From: Balanoglossus misakiensis
Lineage: Eukaryota; Animalia; Hemichordata
NCBI GenBank assembly: GCA_040954595.2
Contig: CM082598.2
Location: 8,695,097-8,759,096 of the forward strand
Length of the DNA stretch: 64,000 nt
Reading direction: 5' to 3'
The notes under the pieces were generated by a model. It made no database searches, was not told the origin of the DNA, and saw nothing but the letters and a program-made list of their open reading frames with translations. Position 1 is the first letter of the stretch. Every line of letters starts with the position of its first letter. Shown in pieces: positions 1 to 15,000 of the stretch. The translations under genes and the position numbers were made by a program.

Positions 1-3000
1 GGCGGCAATAAATTCTCTGCCATCATTTCTCCCCTCCCAAGAATGGCGGCAACAAACTCTCTGCCATCATTTCTCCCCTCCCAAGAATGGCGGCAACAAA
101 CTCTCTGCCATCATTTCTCCCCTCCCGAGAATTGCGGCAATAAATTCTCTGCCATCATTTCTCCCCTCCCAAGAATGGCGACAATAAATTCTCTGCCATC
201 ATTTCTCCCCTCCCTAGAATGGCGGCAGTATATTCTCTGCCATCATTTCTCCCCTCCCGAGAATTGCGGCAATAAATTCTCTGCCATCATTTCTCCCCTC
301 CCAAGAATGGCGGCAACAAACTCTCTGCCATCATTTCTCCCCTCCCTAGAATGGCGGCATTATATTCTCTGCCATCATTTCTCCCCTCCCTAGAATGGCG
401 GCAATATATTCTCTGCCATCATTTCTCCCCTCCCAAGAACGGCGGCAATATATTCTCTGCCATCATTTCTCCCCTCCCAAGAATGGCGGCAATAAATTCT
501 CTGCCATCGTTTCTCCCCTCCCAAGAATGGCGGCAACAAACTCTCTGCCATCATATCTCCCCTTCCAAGAATGGCGGCAATAAACACTCCGCCATCATTT
601 CTCCCCTCCCAAGAATGGCGGCAATAAACTCTCCGCCATCATTTCTCCCCTCCCAAGAATGGCGGCAACATACTCTCTGCCATCATTTCTCCCCTCCCAA
701 GAATGGCGACAACAAACTCTCTGCCATCATTTCTCCCCTCCCAAGAATGGCGGCAATAAACTCTCCGCCATCATTTCTCCCCTCCCAAGAATTGCGGCAA
801 CATACTCTCTGCCATCATTTCTCCCCTCCCAAGAATGGCGATAACAAACTCTCTGCCATCATTTCTCCCCTCCCGAGAATTGCGGCAATAAATTCTCTGC
901 CATCATTTCTCCCCTCCCAAGAATGGCGACAATAAATTCTCCGCCATCATTTCTCCCCTCCCTAGAATGGCGGCAATATATTCTCTGCCATCATTTGTCC
1001 CCTCCCAAGAATGGCGGCGATATATTCTCTGCCATCATTTCTCCCCTCCCAAGAATGGCGGCAATAAATTCTCTGCCATCGTTTCTCCCCTCCCAAGAAT
1101 GGCTGCAACAAACTCTCCGCCATCATTTCTCCCCTCCCAAGAATGGCGGCAATAAACTCTCCGCCATCATTTCTCCCCTCCCAAGAATGGCGACAACAAA
1201 CTCTCTGCCATCATTTCTGCCCTCCCGAGAATGGCTTTAACAAACTCTCTGCCATCATTTCTCCCCTCCCTAGAATGGCGGCAATAAATTCTCTGCCATC
1301 ATTTCTCCCCTCCCAAGAATGGCGGCAATATATTCTCTGCCATCATTTCTCCCCTCCCAAGAATGGCGGCAATAAATTCTCTGCCATCGTTTCTCCCCTC
1401 CCAAGAATGGCGGCAATAAATTCTCTGCCATCGTTTCTCCCCTCCCAAGAATGGCGCCAACAAACTCTCAGCCCTTATTTCTCCCCTCCCATGAATGGTT
1501 GCAACAAACTCTCTGCCATCATTTCTGCCCTCCCGAGAATGGCTTCAACAAACTCTCAGCCATTATTTCTTTTCTCCCGAGAATGGCGGCAACAAACTCT
1601 CAGCCCTTATTTCACCCCTCCCGAGAATGGCGGCAATAAATTCTCTGCCATCATTTCTCCCCTCCCAAGAATGGCGGCAACAAACTCTCTGCCATCATTT
1701 CTCCCCTCCCAAGAATGGCGGCAACAAACTCTCAGCCCTTATTTCTCCCCACTCGAGAATGGCGGGAACAAATTCTCTGCCATCATTTCTCCCCTCCCAA
1801 GAATGGCGGCAACAAACTCTCAGCCATCATTTCTCCCCTCCCAAGAATGGCGGCAACAAACTGTCAGCACTGATTTCTCCCCCCCCCCCAAGAATGGCGG
1901 CAATATATTCTCTGCCATCATTTCTCCCCTCCCAAGAATGGCGGCAACAAACTCTCTGCCATCATTTCTCCCCTCCCGAGAATTGCGGCAATAAATTCTC
2001 TGCCATCATTTCTCCCCTCCCAAGAATGGCGGCAATAAATTCTCTGCCATCATTTCTCCCCTCCCTAGAATGGCGGCAGTATATTCTCTGCCATCATTTC
2101 TCCCCTCCCGAGAATTGCGGCAATAAATTCTCTGCCATCATTTCTCCCCTCCCAAGAATGGCGGCAACAAACTGTCAGCACTGATTTCTCCCCCCCCCCA
2201 AGAATGGCGGCAATATATTCTCTGCCATCATTTCTCCCCTCCCAAGAATGGCGGCAACAAACTCTCTGCCATCATTTCTCCCCTCCCGAGAATTGCGGCA
2301 ATAAATTCTCTGCCATCATTTCTCCCCTCCCAAGAATGGCGGCAATAAATTCTCTGCCATCATTTCTCCCCTCCCTAGAATGGCGGCAGTATATTCTCTG
2401 CCATCATTTCTCCCCTCCCGAGAATTGCGGCAATAAATTCTCTGCCATCATTTCTCCCCTCCCAAGAATGGCGGCAACAAACTCTCCGCCATCATTTCTC
2501 CCCTCCCAAGAATGGCGGCAATAAACTCTCCGCCATCATTTCTCCCCTCCCAAGAATGGCGGCAACAAACTGTCAGCACTGATTTCTCCCCCCCCCCCCC
2601 AAGAATGGCGGCAATATATTCTCTGCCATCATTTCTCCCCTCCCAAGAATGGCGGCAACAAACTCTCTGCCATCATTTCTCCCCTCCCGAGAATTGCGGC
2701 AATAAATTCTCTGCCATCATTTCTCCCCTCCCAAGAATGGCGGCAATAAATTCTCTGCCATCATTTCTCCCCTCCCTAGAATGGCGGCAGTATATTCTCT
2801 GCCATCATTTCTCCCCTCCCGAGAATTGCGGCAATAAATTCTCTGCCATCATTTCTCCCCTCCCAAGAATGGCGGCAACAAACTCTCCGCCATCATTTCT
2901 CCCCTCCCAAGAATGGCGGCAATAAACTCTCCGCCATCATTTCTCCCCTCCCAAGAATGGCGACAACAAACTCTCTGCCATCATTTCTGCCCTCCCGAGA

Positions 3001-6000
3001 ATGGCTTTAACAAACTCTCTGCCATCATTTCTCCCCTCCCTAGAATGGCGGCAATAAATTCTCTGCCATCATTTCTCCCCTCCCAAGAATGGCGGCAATA
3101 TATTCTCTGCCATCATTTCTCCCCTCCCAAGAATGGCGGCAATAAATTCTCTGCCATCGTTTCTCCCCTCCCAAGAATGGCGCCAACAAACTCTCAGCCC
3201 TTATTTCTCCCCTCCCATGAATGGTTGCAACAAACTCTCTGCCATCATTTCTGCCCTCCCGAGAATGGCTTCAACAAACTCTCAGCCATTATTTCTTTTC
3301 TCCCGAGAATGGCGGCAACAAACTCTCAGCCCTTATTTCACCCCTCCCGAGAATGGCGGCAATAAATTCTCTGCCATCATTTCTCCCCTCCCAAGAATGG
3401 CGGCAACAAACTCTCTGCCATCATTTCTCCCCTCCCAAGAATGGCGGCAACAAACTCTCAGCCCTTATTTCTCCCCACTCGAGAATGGCGGGAACAAATT
3501 CTCTGCCATCATTTCTCCCCTTCCAAGAATGGCGGCAACAAACTCTCAGCCATCATTTCTCCCCTCCCAAGAATGGCGACAACAAACTGTCAGCACTGAT
3601 TTCTCCCCCCCCCAAGAATGGCGGCAATATATTCTCTGCCATCATTTCGCCCCTCCCAAGAATGGCGGCAACAAACTCTCTGCCATCATTTCTCCCCTCC
3701 CGAGAATTGCGGCAATAAATTCTCTGCCATCATTTCTCCCCTCCCAAGAATGGCGGCAATAAATTCTCTGCCATCATTTCTCCCCTCCCTAGAATGGCGG
3801 CAGTATATTCTCTGCCATCATTTCTCCCCTCCCGAGAATTGCGGCAATAAATTCTCTGCCATCATTTCTCCCCTCCCAAGAATGGCGGCAACAAACTCTC
3901 TGCCATCATTTCCCCTCCCTAGAATGGCGGCAATATATTCTCTCCCATCATTTCTCCCCTCCCAAGAATGGCGGCAATATATTCTCTGCCATCATTTCTC
4001 CCCTCCCAAGAATGGCGGCAATAAAATCTCTGCCATCGTTTCTCCCCTCCCAAGAATGGCGGCAACAAACTCTCCGCCATCATTTCTCCCCTCCCAAGAA
4101 TGGCGGCAACAAACTCTCCGCCATCATTTCTCCCCTCCCAAGAATGGCGGCAACAAACCCTCTGCCATCATTTCTGCCCTCCCGAGAATGGCGGCAATAC
4201 ATTCTCTGCCATCATTTCTCCCCTCCCAAGAATGGCGGCAACAAACTCTAAGCCCTTATTTCTGCCCTCCCGAGAATGGCGGCAATAAATTCTCATCCAT
4301 CGTTTCTCCCCTCCCGAGAATGGCGGGAACAAACTCTCAGCCATCATTTCTCCCCTCCCGATAATGGCGGCAATAATTTCTCTGCCATGATTTCTCCCCT
4401 CCAAAGAATGGCGGCAACAAACTCTCTGCCATCATTTCTGCCCTCCCGAGAATGGCTTCAACAAACTCTCAGCCGTTATTTCTCCTCTCCCGAGAATGGC
4501 GGCAATAAATTCTCTGCCATCATTTCTCCCTTCCCCAGAATGGCGGCAACAAACTCTCTGCCATCATTTCTCCCCTCCCAAGAATGGCGGCAACAAACTC
4601 TCAGCCCATATTTTTCCCGTCTCGAGAATGGCGGCAACAAAATCTATGCCATGATTTCTCCCCTCCCAAGATTGGCGGCAATAAATTCTCTACCATCATT
4701 TTACCCCTCCCGAGAATGGCTTCAACAAACTCTCAGCCGTTTTTCCTACCCTCCCAAGAATGGCGGCAATACATTCTCTGCCATCATTTCTCCCCTCCCA
4801 AGAATGGCGGCAACAAACTCTCAGCCATCATTTCTCCCCTCCCAAGAATGGCGGCAACAAACTCTCAGCCGTTATTACTCCCCTCCCAAGAATGGCGGCA
4901 ACAAACTCTCTGCCATCATTTCTCCCCTCCCAAGAATGGCGGCAACAAACTCTCAGTCGTTATTTCTCCCCTCCCGAGAATGGCGGGAACAAACTCTCAG
5001 CCATCATTTCTCCCCTCCCGATAACGGCGGCAATAATTTCTCTGCCATGATTTCTCCCCTCCCAAGAATGGCGGCAATAAATTCTATGCCATCATTTCTC
5101 CCCTCCCGAAAATGGCGGCAACAAATTCTCAGCCGTTATTTCTCCCCTCACAAGAATGGCGGCAACAAACTCTCAGCCGTTATTTATCCCCTCCCTAGAA
5201 TGGCGGCAATACATTCTCTGCCATCATTTCTCCCCTCCCGAAAATGGCGGCAACAAATTCTCAGCCGTTATTTCTCCCCTCACAAGAATGGCGGCAACAA
5301 ACTCTCAGCCGTTATTTATCCCCTCCCAAGATTGGCGACAATAAATTCTCTGCCATCATTTCTCCCCTCCCGAAAATGGCGGCAACAAATTCTCAGCCGT
5401 TATTTCTCCCCTCACAAGAATGGCGGCAACAAACTCTCAGCCGTTTTTTATCCCCTCCCAAGATTGGCGACAATAAATTATCTGCCATCATTTCTCCCCT
5501 CCCAAGAATGGCGGCAACAAACTCTCAGCCGTTATATCTCCCCTCCCGAGAATGGCAGCAATTAATTCTCTGCCATCATTTCTCCCCTCACAGGGATGGC
5601 GGCAATACATTCTCTGCCATCGATTCTCCCCTCCCAAGAATGGCGCCAACAAACTCTCAGCCCTCATTTCTCCCCTCCCATGAATGGCTGCAACAAACTC
5701 TCTGCCGTCATTTCTGCCCTCCCGAGAATGGCTTCAACAAACTCTCAGGCGTTATTTCTTCCCTCCCGAGAATGACGGCAACAAACTCTCAGCCCTTATT
5801 TCACCCCTCCCGAGAATGGCGGCAATAAATTCTCTGCCATCATTTCTCCCCTCCCAAGAATGGCGGCAACAAACTCTCTGCCATCATTTCTCCCCTCCCA
5901 AGAATGGCGGCAACAAACTCTCAGCCCTTATTTCTCCCCTCTCGAGAATGGCGGGAACAAATTCTCTGCCATCATTTCTCCCCTCCCAAGAATGGCGGCA

Positions 6001-9000
6001 ACAAACTCTCAGCCATCATTTCTCCCCTCCCAAGAATGGCGGCAACAAACTGTCAGCACTGATTTCTCACCCCCCCCCCAATAATGGCGGCAATATATTC
6101 TCTGCCATCATTTCTCCCCTCCCAAGAATGGCGGCAACAAACTCTCTGCCATCATTTCTCCCCTCCCGAGAATTGCGGCAATAAATTCTCTGTCATCATT
6201 TCTCCCCTCCCAAGAATGGCGACAATAAATTCTCTGCCATCATTTCTCCCCTCCCTAGAATGGCGGCAGTATATTCTCTGCCATCATTTCTCCCCTCCCG
6301 AGAATTGCGGCAATAAATTCTCTGCCATCATTTCTCCCCTCCCAAGAATGGCGGCAACAAACTCTCTGCCATCATTTATCCCCTCCCTAGAATGGTGGCA
6401 GTATATTCTCTGCCATCATTTCTCCCCTCCCTAGAATGGCGGCAATATATTCTCTGCCATCATTTCTCCCCTCCCAAGAATGGCGGCAATATATTCTTTG
6501 CCATCATTTCTCCCCTCCCAAGAATGGCGGCAATAAATTCTCTGCCATCGTTTCTCCCCTCCCAAGAATAGCGGCAACAAACTCTCTGCCATCATTTCTG
6601 CCCTCCCGAGAATGGCTTCAACAAACTCTCTGCCATCATTTATCCCCTCCCTAGAATGGTGGCAGTATATTCTCTGCCATCATTTCTCCCCTCCCTAGAA
6701 TGGCGGCAATATATTCTCTGCCATCATTTCTCCCCTCCCAAGAATGGCGGCAATATATTCTTTGCCATCATTTCTCCCCTCCCAAGAATGGCGGCAATAA
6801 ATTCTCTGCCATCGTTTCTCCCCTCCCAAGAATAGCGGCAACAAACTCTCTGCCATCATTTCTCCCCTCCCGAGAATTGCGGCAATAAATTCTCTGCCAT
6901 CATTTCTCCCCTCCCAAGAATGGCGGCAACAAACTCTCTGCCATCATTTATCCCCTCCCTAGAATGGTGGCAGTATATTCTCTGCCATCATTTCTCCCCT
7001 CCCTAGAATGGCGGCAATATATTCTCTGCCATCATTTCTCCCCTCCCAAGAATGGCGGCAATAAATTCTCTGTCATCATTTCTCCCCTCCCAAGAATGGC
7101 GACAATAAATTCTCTGCCATCATTTCTCCCCTCCCTAGAATGGCGGCAGTATATTCTCTGCCATCATTTCTCCCCTCCCGAGAATTGCGGCAATAAATTC
7201 TCTGCCATCATTTCTCCCCTCCCAAGAATGGCGGCAACAAACTCTCTGCCATCATTTATCCCCTCCCTAGAATGGTGGCAGTATATTCTCTGCCATCATT
7301 TCTCCCCTCCCTAGAATGGCGGCAATATATTCTCTGCCATCATTTCTCCCCTCCCAAGAATGGCGGCAATATATTCTTTGCCATCATTTCTCCCCTCCCA
7401 AGAATGGCGGCAATAAATTCTCTGCCATCGTTTCTCCCCTCCCAAGAATAGCGGCAACAAACTCTCTGCCATCATTTCTGCCCTCCCGAGAATGGCTTCA
7501 ACAAACTCTCTGCCATCATTTCTCCCCTCCCTAGAATGGCGGCAATAAGTTCTCTGCCATCATTTCTCCCCTCCCTAGAATGGCCGCAATATATTCTCTT
7601 CCATCATTTCTCCCCTCCCAAGAATGGCGGCAATATATTCTCTGCCATCATTTCTCCCCTCCCAAGAATGGCGGCAATAAATTCTCTGCCATCGTTTCTC
7701 CCCTCCCAAGAATGGCGCCAACAAACTCTCAGCCCTTATTTCTCCCCTCCCATGAATGGCTGCAACAAACTCTCCGCCATTATTTCTCCCCTCCCAAGAA
7801 TGGCGACAACAAACTCTCTGCCATCATATCTGCCCTCCCGAGAATGGCTTCAACAAACTCTCTGCCATCATTTCTCCCCTCCCTAGAATGGCGGCAACAA
7901 ACTCTCTGCCCTTATTTCACCCCTCCCGAGAATGGCGGCAATAAATTCTCTGCCATCATTTCTCCCCTCCCAAGAATGGCGGCAACAAACTCTCTGCCAT
8001 CATTTCTCCCCTCCCAAGAATGGCGGCAACAAACTCTCTGCCATCATTTCTCCCCTCCCGAGAATTGCGGCAATAAATTATCTGCCATCATTTCTCCCCT
8101 CCCAAGAATGGCGACAATAAATTCTCTGCCATCATTTCTCCCCTCCCGAGAATTGCGGCAATAAATTATCTGCCATCATTTCTCCCCTCCCAAGAATGGC
8201 GACAATAAATTCTCTGCCATCATTTCTCCCCTCCCAAGAATGGCGACAACAAACTCTCTGCCATCATATCTGCCCTCCCGAGAATGGCTTCAACAAACTC
8301 TCTGCCATCATTTCTCCCCTCCCTAGAATGGCGGCAACAAACTCTCTGCCCTTATTTCACCCCTCCCGAGAATGGCGGCAATAAATTCTCTGCCATCATT
8401 TCTCCCCTCCCAAGAATGGCGGCAACAAACTCTCTGCCATCATTTCTCCCCTCCCAAGAATGGCGGCAACAAACTCTCTGCCATCATTTCTCCCCTCCCG
8501 AGAATTGCGGCAATAAATTATCTGCCATCATTTCTCCCCTCCCAAGAATGGCGACAATAAATTCTCTGCCATCATTTCTCCCCTCCCTAGAATGGCGGCA
8601 GTATATTCTCTGCCATCATTTCTCCCCTCCCGAGAATTGCGGCAATAAATTCTCTGCCATCATTTCTCCCCTCCCAAGAATGGCGGCAACAAACTCTCTG
8701 CCATCATTTCTCCCCTCCCTAGAATGGCGGCAATATATTCTCTGCCATCATTTCTCCCCTCCCAAGAATGGCGGCAATATATTCTCTGCCATCATTTCTC
8801 CCCTCCCAAGAATGGCGGCAATAAATTCTCTGCCATCGTTTCTCCCCTCCCAAGAATGGCGCCAACAAACTCTCAGCCCTTATTTCTCCCATCCCATGAA
8901 TGGCTGCAACAAACTCTCCGCCATTATTTCTCCCCTCCCAAGAATGGCGACAACAAACTCTCTGCCATCATTTCACCCCTCCCGAGAATGGCGGCAATAA

Positions 9001-12000
9001 ATTCTCTGCCATCATTTCTCCCCTCCCAAGAATGGCGGCAACAAACTCTCTGCCATCATTTCTCCCCTCCCAAGAATGGCGGCAACAAACTCTCTGCCAT
9101 CATTTCTCCCCTCCCGAGAATTGCGGCAATAAATTCTCTGCCATCATTTCTCCCCTCCCAAGAATGGCGACAGTAAATTCTCTGCCATCATTTCTCCCCT
9201 CCCTAGAATGGCGGCAGTATATTCTCTGCCATCATTTCTCCCCTCCCGAGAATTGCGGCAATAAATTCTCTGCCATCATTTCTCCCCTCCCAAGAATGGC
9301 GGCAACAAACTCTCTGCCATCATTTCTCCCCTCCCTAGAATGACGGCAGTATATTCTCTGCCATCATTTCTCCCCTCCCTAGAATGGCGGCAATATATTC
9401 TCTGCCATCATTTCTCCCCTCCCAAGAACGGCGGCAATATATTCTCTGCCATCATTTATCCCCTCCCAAGAATGGCGGCAATAAATTCTCTGCCATCGTT
9501 TCTCCCCTCCCAAGAATGGCGGCAATATATTCTCTGCCATCATTTCTCCCCTCCCAAGAATGGCGGCAATAAATTCTCTGCCATCGTTTCTCCCCTCCCA
9601 AGAATGGCGCCAACAAACTCTCAGCCCTTATTTCTTCCCTCCCATGAATGGCTGCAACAAACTCTCCGCCATTATTTCTCCCCTCCCAAGAATGGCGACA
9701 ACAAACTCTCTGCCATCATTTCTGCCCTCCCGAGAATGGCTTCAACAAACTCTCTGCCATCATTTCTCCCCTCCCTAGAATGGCGGCAACAAACTCTCAG
9801 CCCTTATTTCACCCCTCCCGAGAATGGCGGCAATAAATTCTCTGCCATCATTTCTCCCCTCCCAAGAATGGCGTCAACAAACTCTCTGCCATCATTTCTC
9901 CCCTCCCAAGAATGGCGGCAACAAACTCTCTGCCATCATTTCTCCCCTCCCGAGAATTGCGGCAATAAATTCTCTGCCATCATTTCTCCCCTCCCAAGAA
10001 TGGCGACAATAAATTCTCTGCCATCATTTCTCCCCTCCCTAGAATGGCGGCAGTATATTCTCTGCCATCATTTCTCCCCTCCCGAGAATTGCGGCAATAA
10101 ATTCTCTGCCATCATTTCTCCCCTCCCAAGAATGGCGGCAACAAACTCTCTGCCATCATTTCTCCCCTCCCTAGAATGGCGGCATTATATTCTCTGCCAT
10201 CATTTCTCCCCTCCCTAGAATGGCGGCAATATATTCTCTGCCATCATTTCTCCCCTCCCAAGAACGGCGGCAATATATTCTCTGCCATCATTTCTCCCCT
10301 CCCAAGAATGGCGGCAATAAATTCTCTGCCATCGTTTCTCCCCTCCCAAGAATGGCGGCAACAAACTCTCTGCCATCATATCTCCCCTTCCAAGAATGGC
10401 GGCAATAAACACTCCGCCATCATTTCTCCCCTCCCAAGAATGGCGGCAATAAACTCTCCGCCATCATTTCTCCCCTCCCAAGAATGGCGGCAACATACTC
10501 TCTGCCATCATTTCTCCCCTCCCAAGAATGGCGACAACAAACTCTCTGCCATCATTTCTCCCCTCCCAAGAATGGCGGCAATAAATTCTCTGCCATCGTT
10601 TCTCCCCTCCCAAGAATGGCGGCAACATACTCTCAGCCCTTATTTCTCCCCTCCCAAGAATGGCGATAACAAACTCTCTGCCATCATTTCTCCCCTCCCG
10701 AGAATTGCGGCAATAAATTCTCTGCCATCATTTCTCCCCTCCCAAGAATGGCGACAATAAATTCTCCGCCATCATTTCTCCCCTCCCTAGAATGGCGGCA
10801 ATATATTCTCTGCCATCATTTGTCCCCTCCCAAGAATGGCGGCGATATATTCTCTGCCATCATTTCTCCCCTCCCAAGAATGGCGGCAATAAATTCTCTG
10901 CCATCGTTTCTCCCCTCCCAAGAATGGCTGCAACAAACTCTCCGCCATCATTTCTCCCCTCCCAAGAATGGCGGCAATAAACTCTCCGCCATCATTTCTC
11001 CCCTCCCAAGAATGGCGACAACAAACTCTCTGCCATCATTTCTGCCCTCCCGAGAATGGCTTTAACAAACTCTCTGCCATCATTTCTCCCCTCCCTAGAA
11101 TGGCGGCAATAAATTCTCTGCCATCATTTCTCCCCTCCCAAGAATGGCGGCAATATATTCTCTGCCATCATTTCTCCCCTCCCAAGAATGGCGGCAATAA
11201 ATTCTCTGCCATCGTTTCTCCCCTCCCAAGAATGGCGACAATAAATTCTCTGCCATCATTTCTCCCCTCCCTAGAATGGCGGCAGTATATTCTCTGCCAT
11301 CATTTCTCCCCTCCCGAGAATTGCGGCAATAAATTCTCTGCCATCATTTCTCCCCTCCCAAGAATGGCGGCAACAAACTCTCTGCCATCATTTCTCCCCT
11401 CCCTAGAATGGCGGCAATATATTCTCTGCCATCATTTCTCCCCTCCCAAGAATGGCGGCAATATATTCTCTGCCATCATTTCTCCCCTCCCAAGAATGGC
11501 GGCAATAAATTCTCTGCCATCGTTTCTCCCCTCCCAAGAATGGCGCCAACAAACTCTCAGCCCTTATTTCTCCCATCCCATGAATGGCTGCAACAAACTC
11601 TCCGCCATTATTTCTCCCCTCCCAAGAATGGCGACAACAAACTCTCTGCCATCATTTCACCCCTCCCGAGAATGGCGGCAATAAATTCTCTGCCATCATT
11701 TCTCCCCTCCCAAGAATGGCGGCAACAAACTCTCTGCCATCATTTCTCCCCTCCCAAGAATGGCGGCAACAAACTCTCTGCCATCATTTCTCCCCTCCCG
11801 AGAATTGCGGCAATAAATTCTCTGCCATCATTTCTCCCCTCCCAAGAATGGCGACAGTAAATTCTCTGCCATCATTTCTCCCCTCCCTAGAATGGCGGCA
11901 GTATATTCTCTGCCATCATTTCTCCCCTCCCGAGAATTGCGGCAATAAATTTTCTGCCATCATTTCTCCCCTCCCAAGAATGGCGGCAACAAACTCTCTG

Positions 12001-15000
12001 CCATCATTTCTCCCCTCCCTAGAATGACGGCAGTATATTCTCTGCCATCATTTCTCCCCTCCCTAGAATGGCGGCAATATATTCTCTGCCATCATTTCTC
12101 CCCTCCCAAGAACGGCGGCAATATATTCTCTGCCATCATTTATCCCCTCCCAAGAATGGCGGCAATAAATTCTCTGCCATCGTTTCTCCCCTCCCAAGAA
12201 TGGCGGCAATATATTCTCTGCCATCATTTCTCCCCTCCCAAGAATGGCGGCAATAAATTCTCTGCCATCGTTTCTCCCCTCCCAAGAATGGCGCCAACAA
12301 ACTCTCAGCCCTTATTTCTTCCCTCCCATGAATGGCTGCAACAAACTCTCCGCCATTATTTCTCCCCTCCCAAGAATGGCGACAACAAACTCTCTGCCAT
12401 CATTTCTGCCCTCCCGAGAATGGCTTCAACAAACTCTCTGCCATCATTTCTCCCCTCCCTAGAATGGCGGCAACAAACTCTCAGCCCTTATTTCACCCCT
12501 CCCGAGAATGGCGGCAATAAATTCTCTGCCATCATTTCTCCCCTCCCAAGAATGGCGTCAACAAACTCTCTGCCATCATTTCTCCCCTCCCAAGAATGGC
12601 GGCAACAAACTCTCTGCCATCATTTCTCCCCTCCCGAGAATTGCGGCAATAAATTCTCTGCCATCATTTCTCCCCTCCCAAGAATGGCGACAATAAATTC
12701 TCTGCCATCATTTCTCCCCTCCCTAGAATGGCGGCAGTATATTCTCTGCCATCATTTCTCCCCTCCCGAGAATTGCGGCAATAAATTCTCTGCCATCATT
12801 TCTCCCCTCCCAAGAATGGCGGCAACAAACTCTCTGCCATCATTTCTCCCCTCCCTAGAATGGCGGCATTATATTCTCTGCCATCATTTCTCCCCTCCCT
12901 AGAATGGCGGCAATATATTCTCTGCCATCATTTCTCCCCTCCCAAGAACGGCGGCAATATATTCTCTGCCATCATTTCTCCCCTCCCAAGAATGGCGGCA
13001 ATAAATTCTCTGCCATCGTTTCTCCCCTCCCAAGAATGGCGGCAACAAACTCTCTGCCATCATATCTCCCCTTCCAAGAATGGCGGCAATAAACACTCCG
13101 CCATCATTTCTCCCCTCCCAAGAATGGCGGCAATAAACTCTCCGCCATCATTTCTCCCCTCCCAAGAATGGCGGCAACATACTCTCTGCCATCATTTCTC
13201 CCCTCCCAAGAATGGCGACAACAAACTCTCTGCCATCATTTCTCCCCTCCCAAGAATGGCGGCAATAAATTCTCTGCCATCGTTTCTCCCCTCCCAAGAA
13301 TGGCGGCAACATACTCTCAGCCCTTATTTCTCCCCTCCCAAGAATGGCGATAACAAACTCTCTGCCATCATTTCTCCCCTCCCGAGAATTGCGGCAATAA
13401 ATTCTCTGCCATCATTTCTCCCCTCCCAAGAATGGCGACAATAAATTCTCCGCCATCATTTCTCCCCTCCCTAGAATGGCGGCAATATATTCTCTGCCAT
13501 CATTTGTCCCCTCCCAAGAATGGCGGCGATATATTCTCTGCCATCATTTCTCCCCTCCCAAGAATGGCGGCAATAAATTCTCTGCCATCGTTTCTCCCCT
13601 CCCAAGAATGGCTGCAACAAACTCTCCGCCATCATTTCTCCCATCCCAAGAATGGCGGCAATAAACTCTCCGCCATCATTTCTCCCCTCCCAAGAATGGC
13701 GACAACAAACTCTCTGCCATCATTTCTGCCCTCCCGAGAATGGCTTTAACAAACTCTCTGCCATCATTTCTCCCCTCCCTAGAATGGCGGCAATAAATTC
13801 TCTGCCATCATTTCTCCCCTCCCAAGAATGGCGGCAATATATTCTCTGCCATCATTTCTCCCCTCCCAAGAATGGCGGCAATAAATTCTCTGCCATCGTT
13901 TCTCCCCTCCCAAGAATGGCGCCAACAAACTCTCAGCCCTTATTTCTCCCCTCCCATGAATGGTTGCAACAAACTCTCTGCCATCATTTCTGCCCTCCCG
14001 AGAATGGCTTCAACAAACTCTCAGCCATTATTTCTTTTCTCCCGAGAATGGCGGCAACAAACTCTCAGCCCTTATTTCACCCCTCCCGAGAATGGCGGCA
14101 ATAAATTCTCTGCCATCATTTCTCCCCTCCCAAGAATGGCGGCAACAAACTCTCTGCCATCATTTCTCCCCTCCCAAGAATGGCGGCAACAAACTCTCAG
14201 CCCTTATTTCTCCCCACTCGAGAATGGCGGGAACAAATTCTCTGCCATCATTTCTCCCCTCCCAAGAATGGCGGCAATAAACTCTCCGCCATCATTTCTC
14301 CCCTCCCAAGAATGGCGACAACAAACTCTCTGCCATCATTTCTCCCCTCCCGAGAATTGCGGCAATAAATTCTCTGCCATCATTTCTCCCCTCCCAAGAA
14401 TGGCGGCAATAAATTCTCTGCCATCATTTCTCCCCTCCCTAGAATGGCGGCAGTATATTCTCTGCCATCATTTGTCCCCTCCCAAGAATGGCGGCGATAT
14501 ATTCTCTGCCATCATTTCTCCCCTCCCAAGAATGGCGGCAATAAATTCTCTGCCATCGTTTCTCCCCTCCCAAGAATGGCTGCAACAAACTCTCCGCCAT
14601 CATTTCTCCCATCCCAAGAATGGCGGCAATAAACTCTCCGCCATCATTTCTCCCCTCCCAAGAATGGCGACAACAAACTCTCTGCCATCATTTCTGCCCT
14701 CCCGAGAATGGCTTTAACAAACTCTCTGCCATCATTTCTCCCCTCCCTAGAATGGCGGCAATAAATTCTCTGCCATCATTTCTCCCCTCCCAAGAATGGC
14801 GGCAATATATTCTCTGCCATCATTTCTCCCCTCCCAAGAATGGCGGCAATAAATTCTCTGCCATCGTTTCTCCCCTCCCAAGAATGGCGCCAACAAACTC
14901 TCAGCCCTTATTTCTCCCCTCCCATGAATGGTTGCAACAAACTCTCTGCCATCATTTCTGCCCTCCCGAGAATGGCTTCAACAAACTCTCAGCCATTATT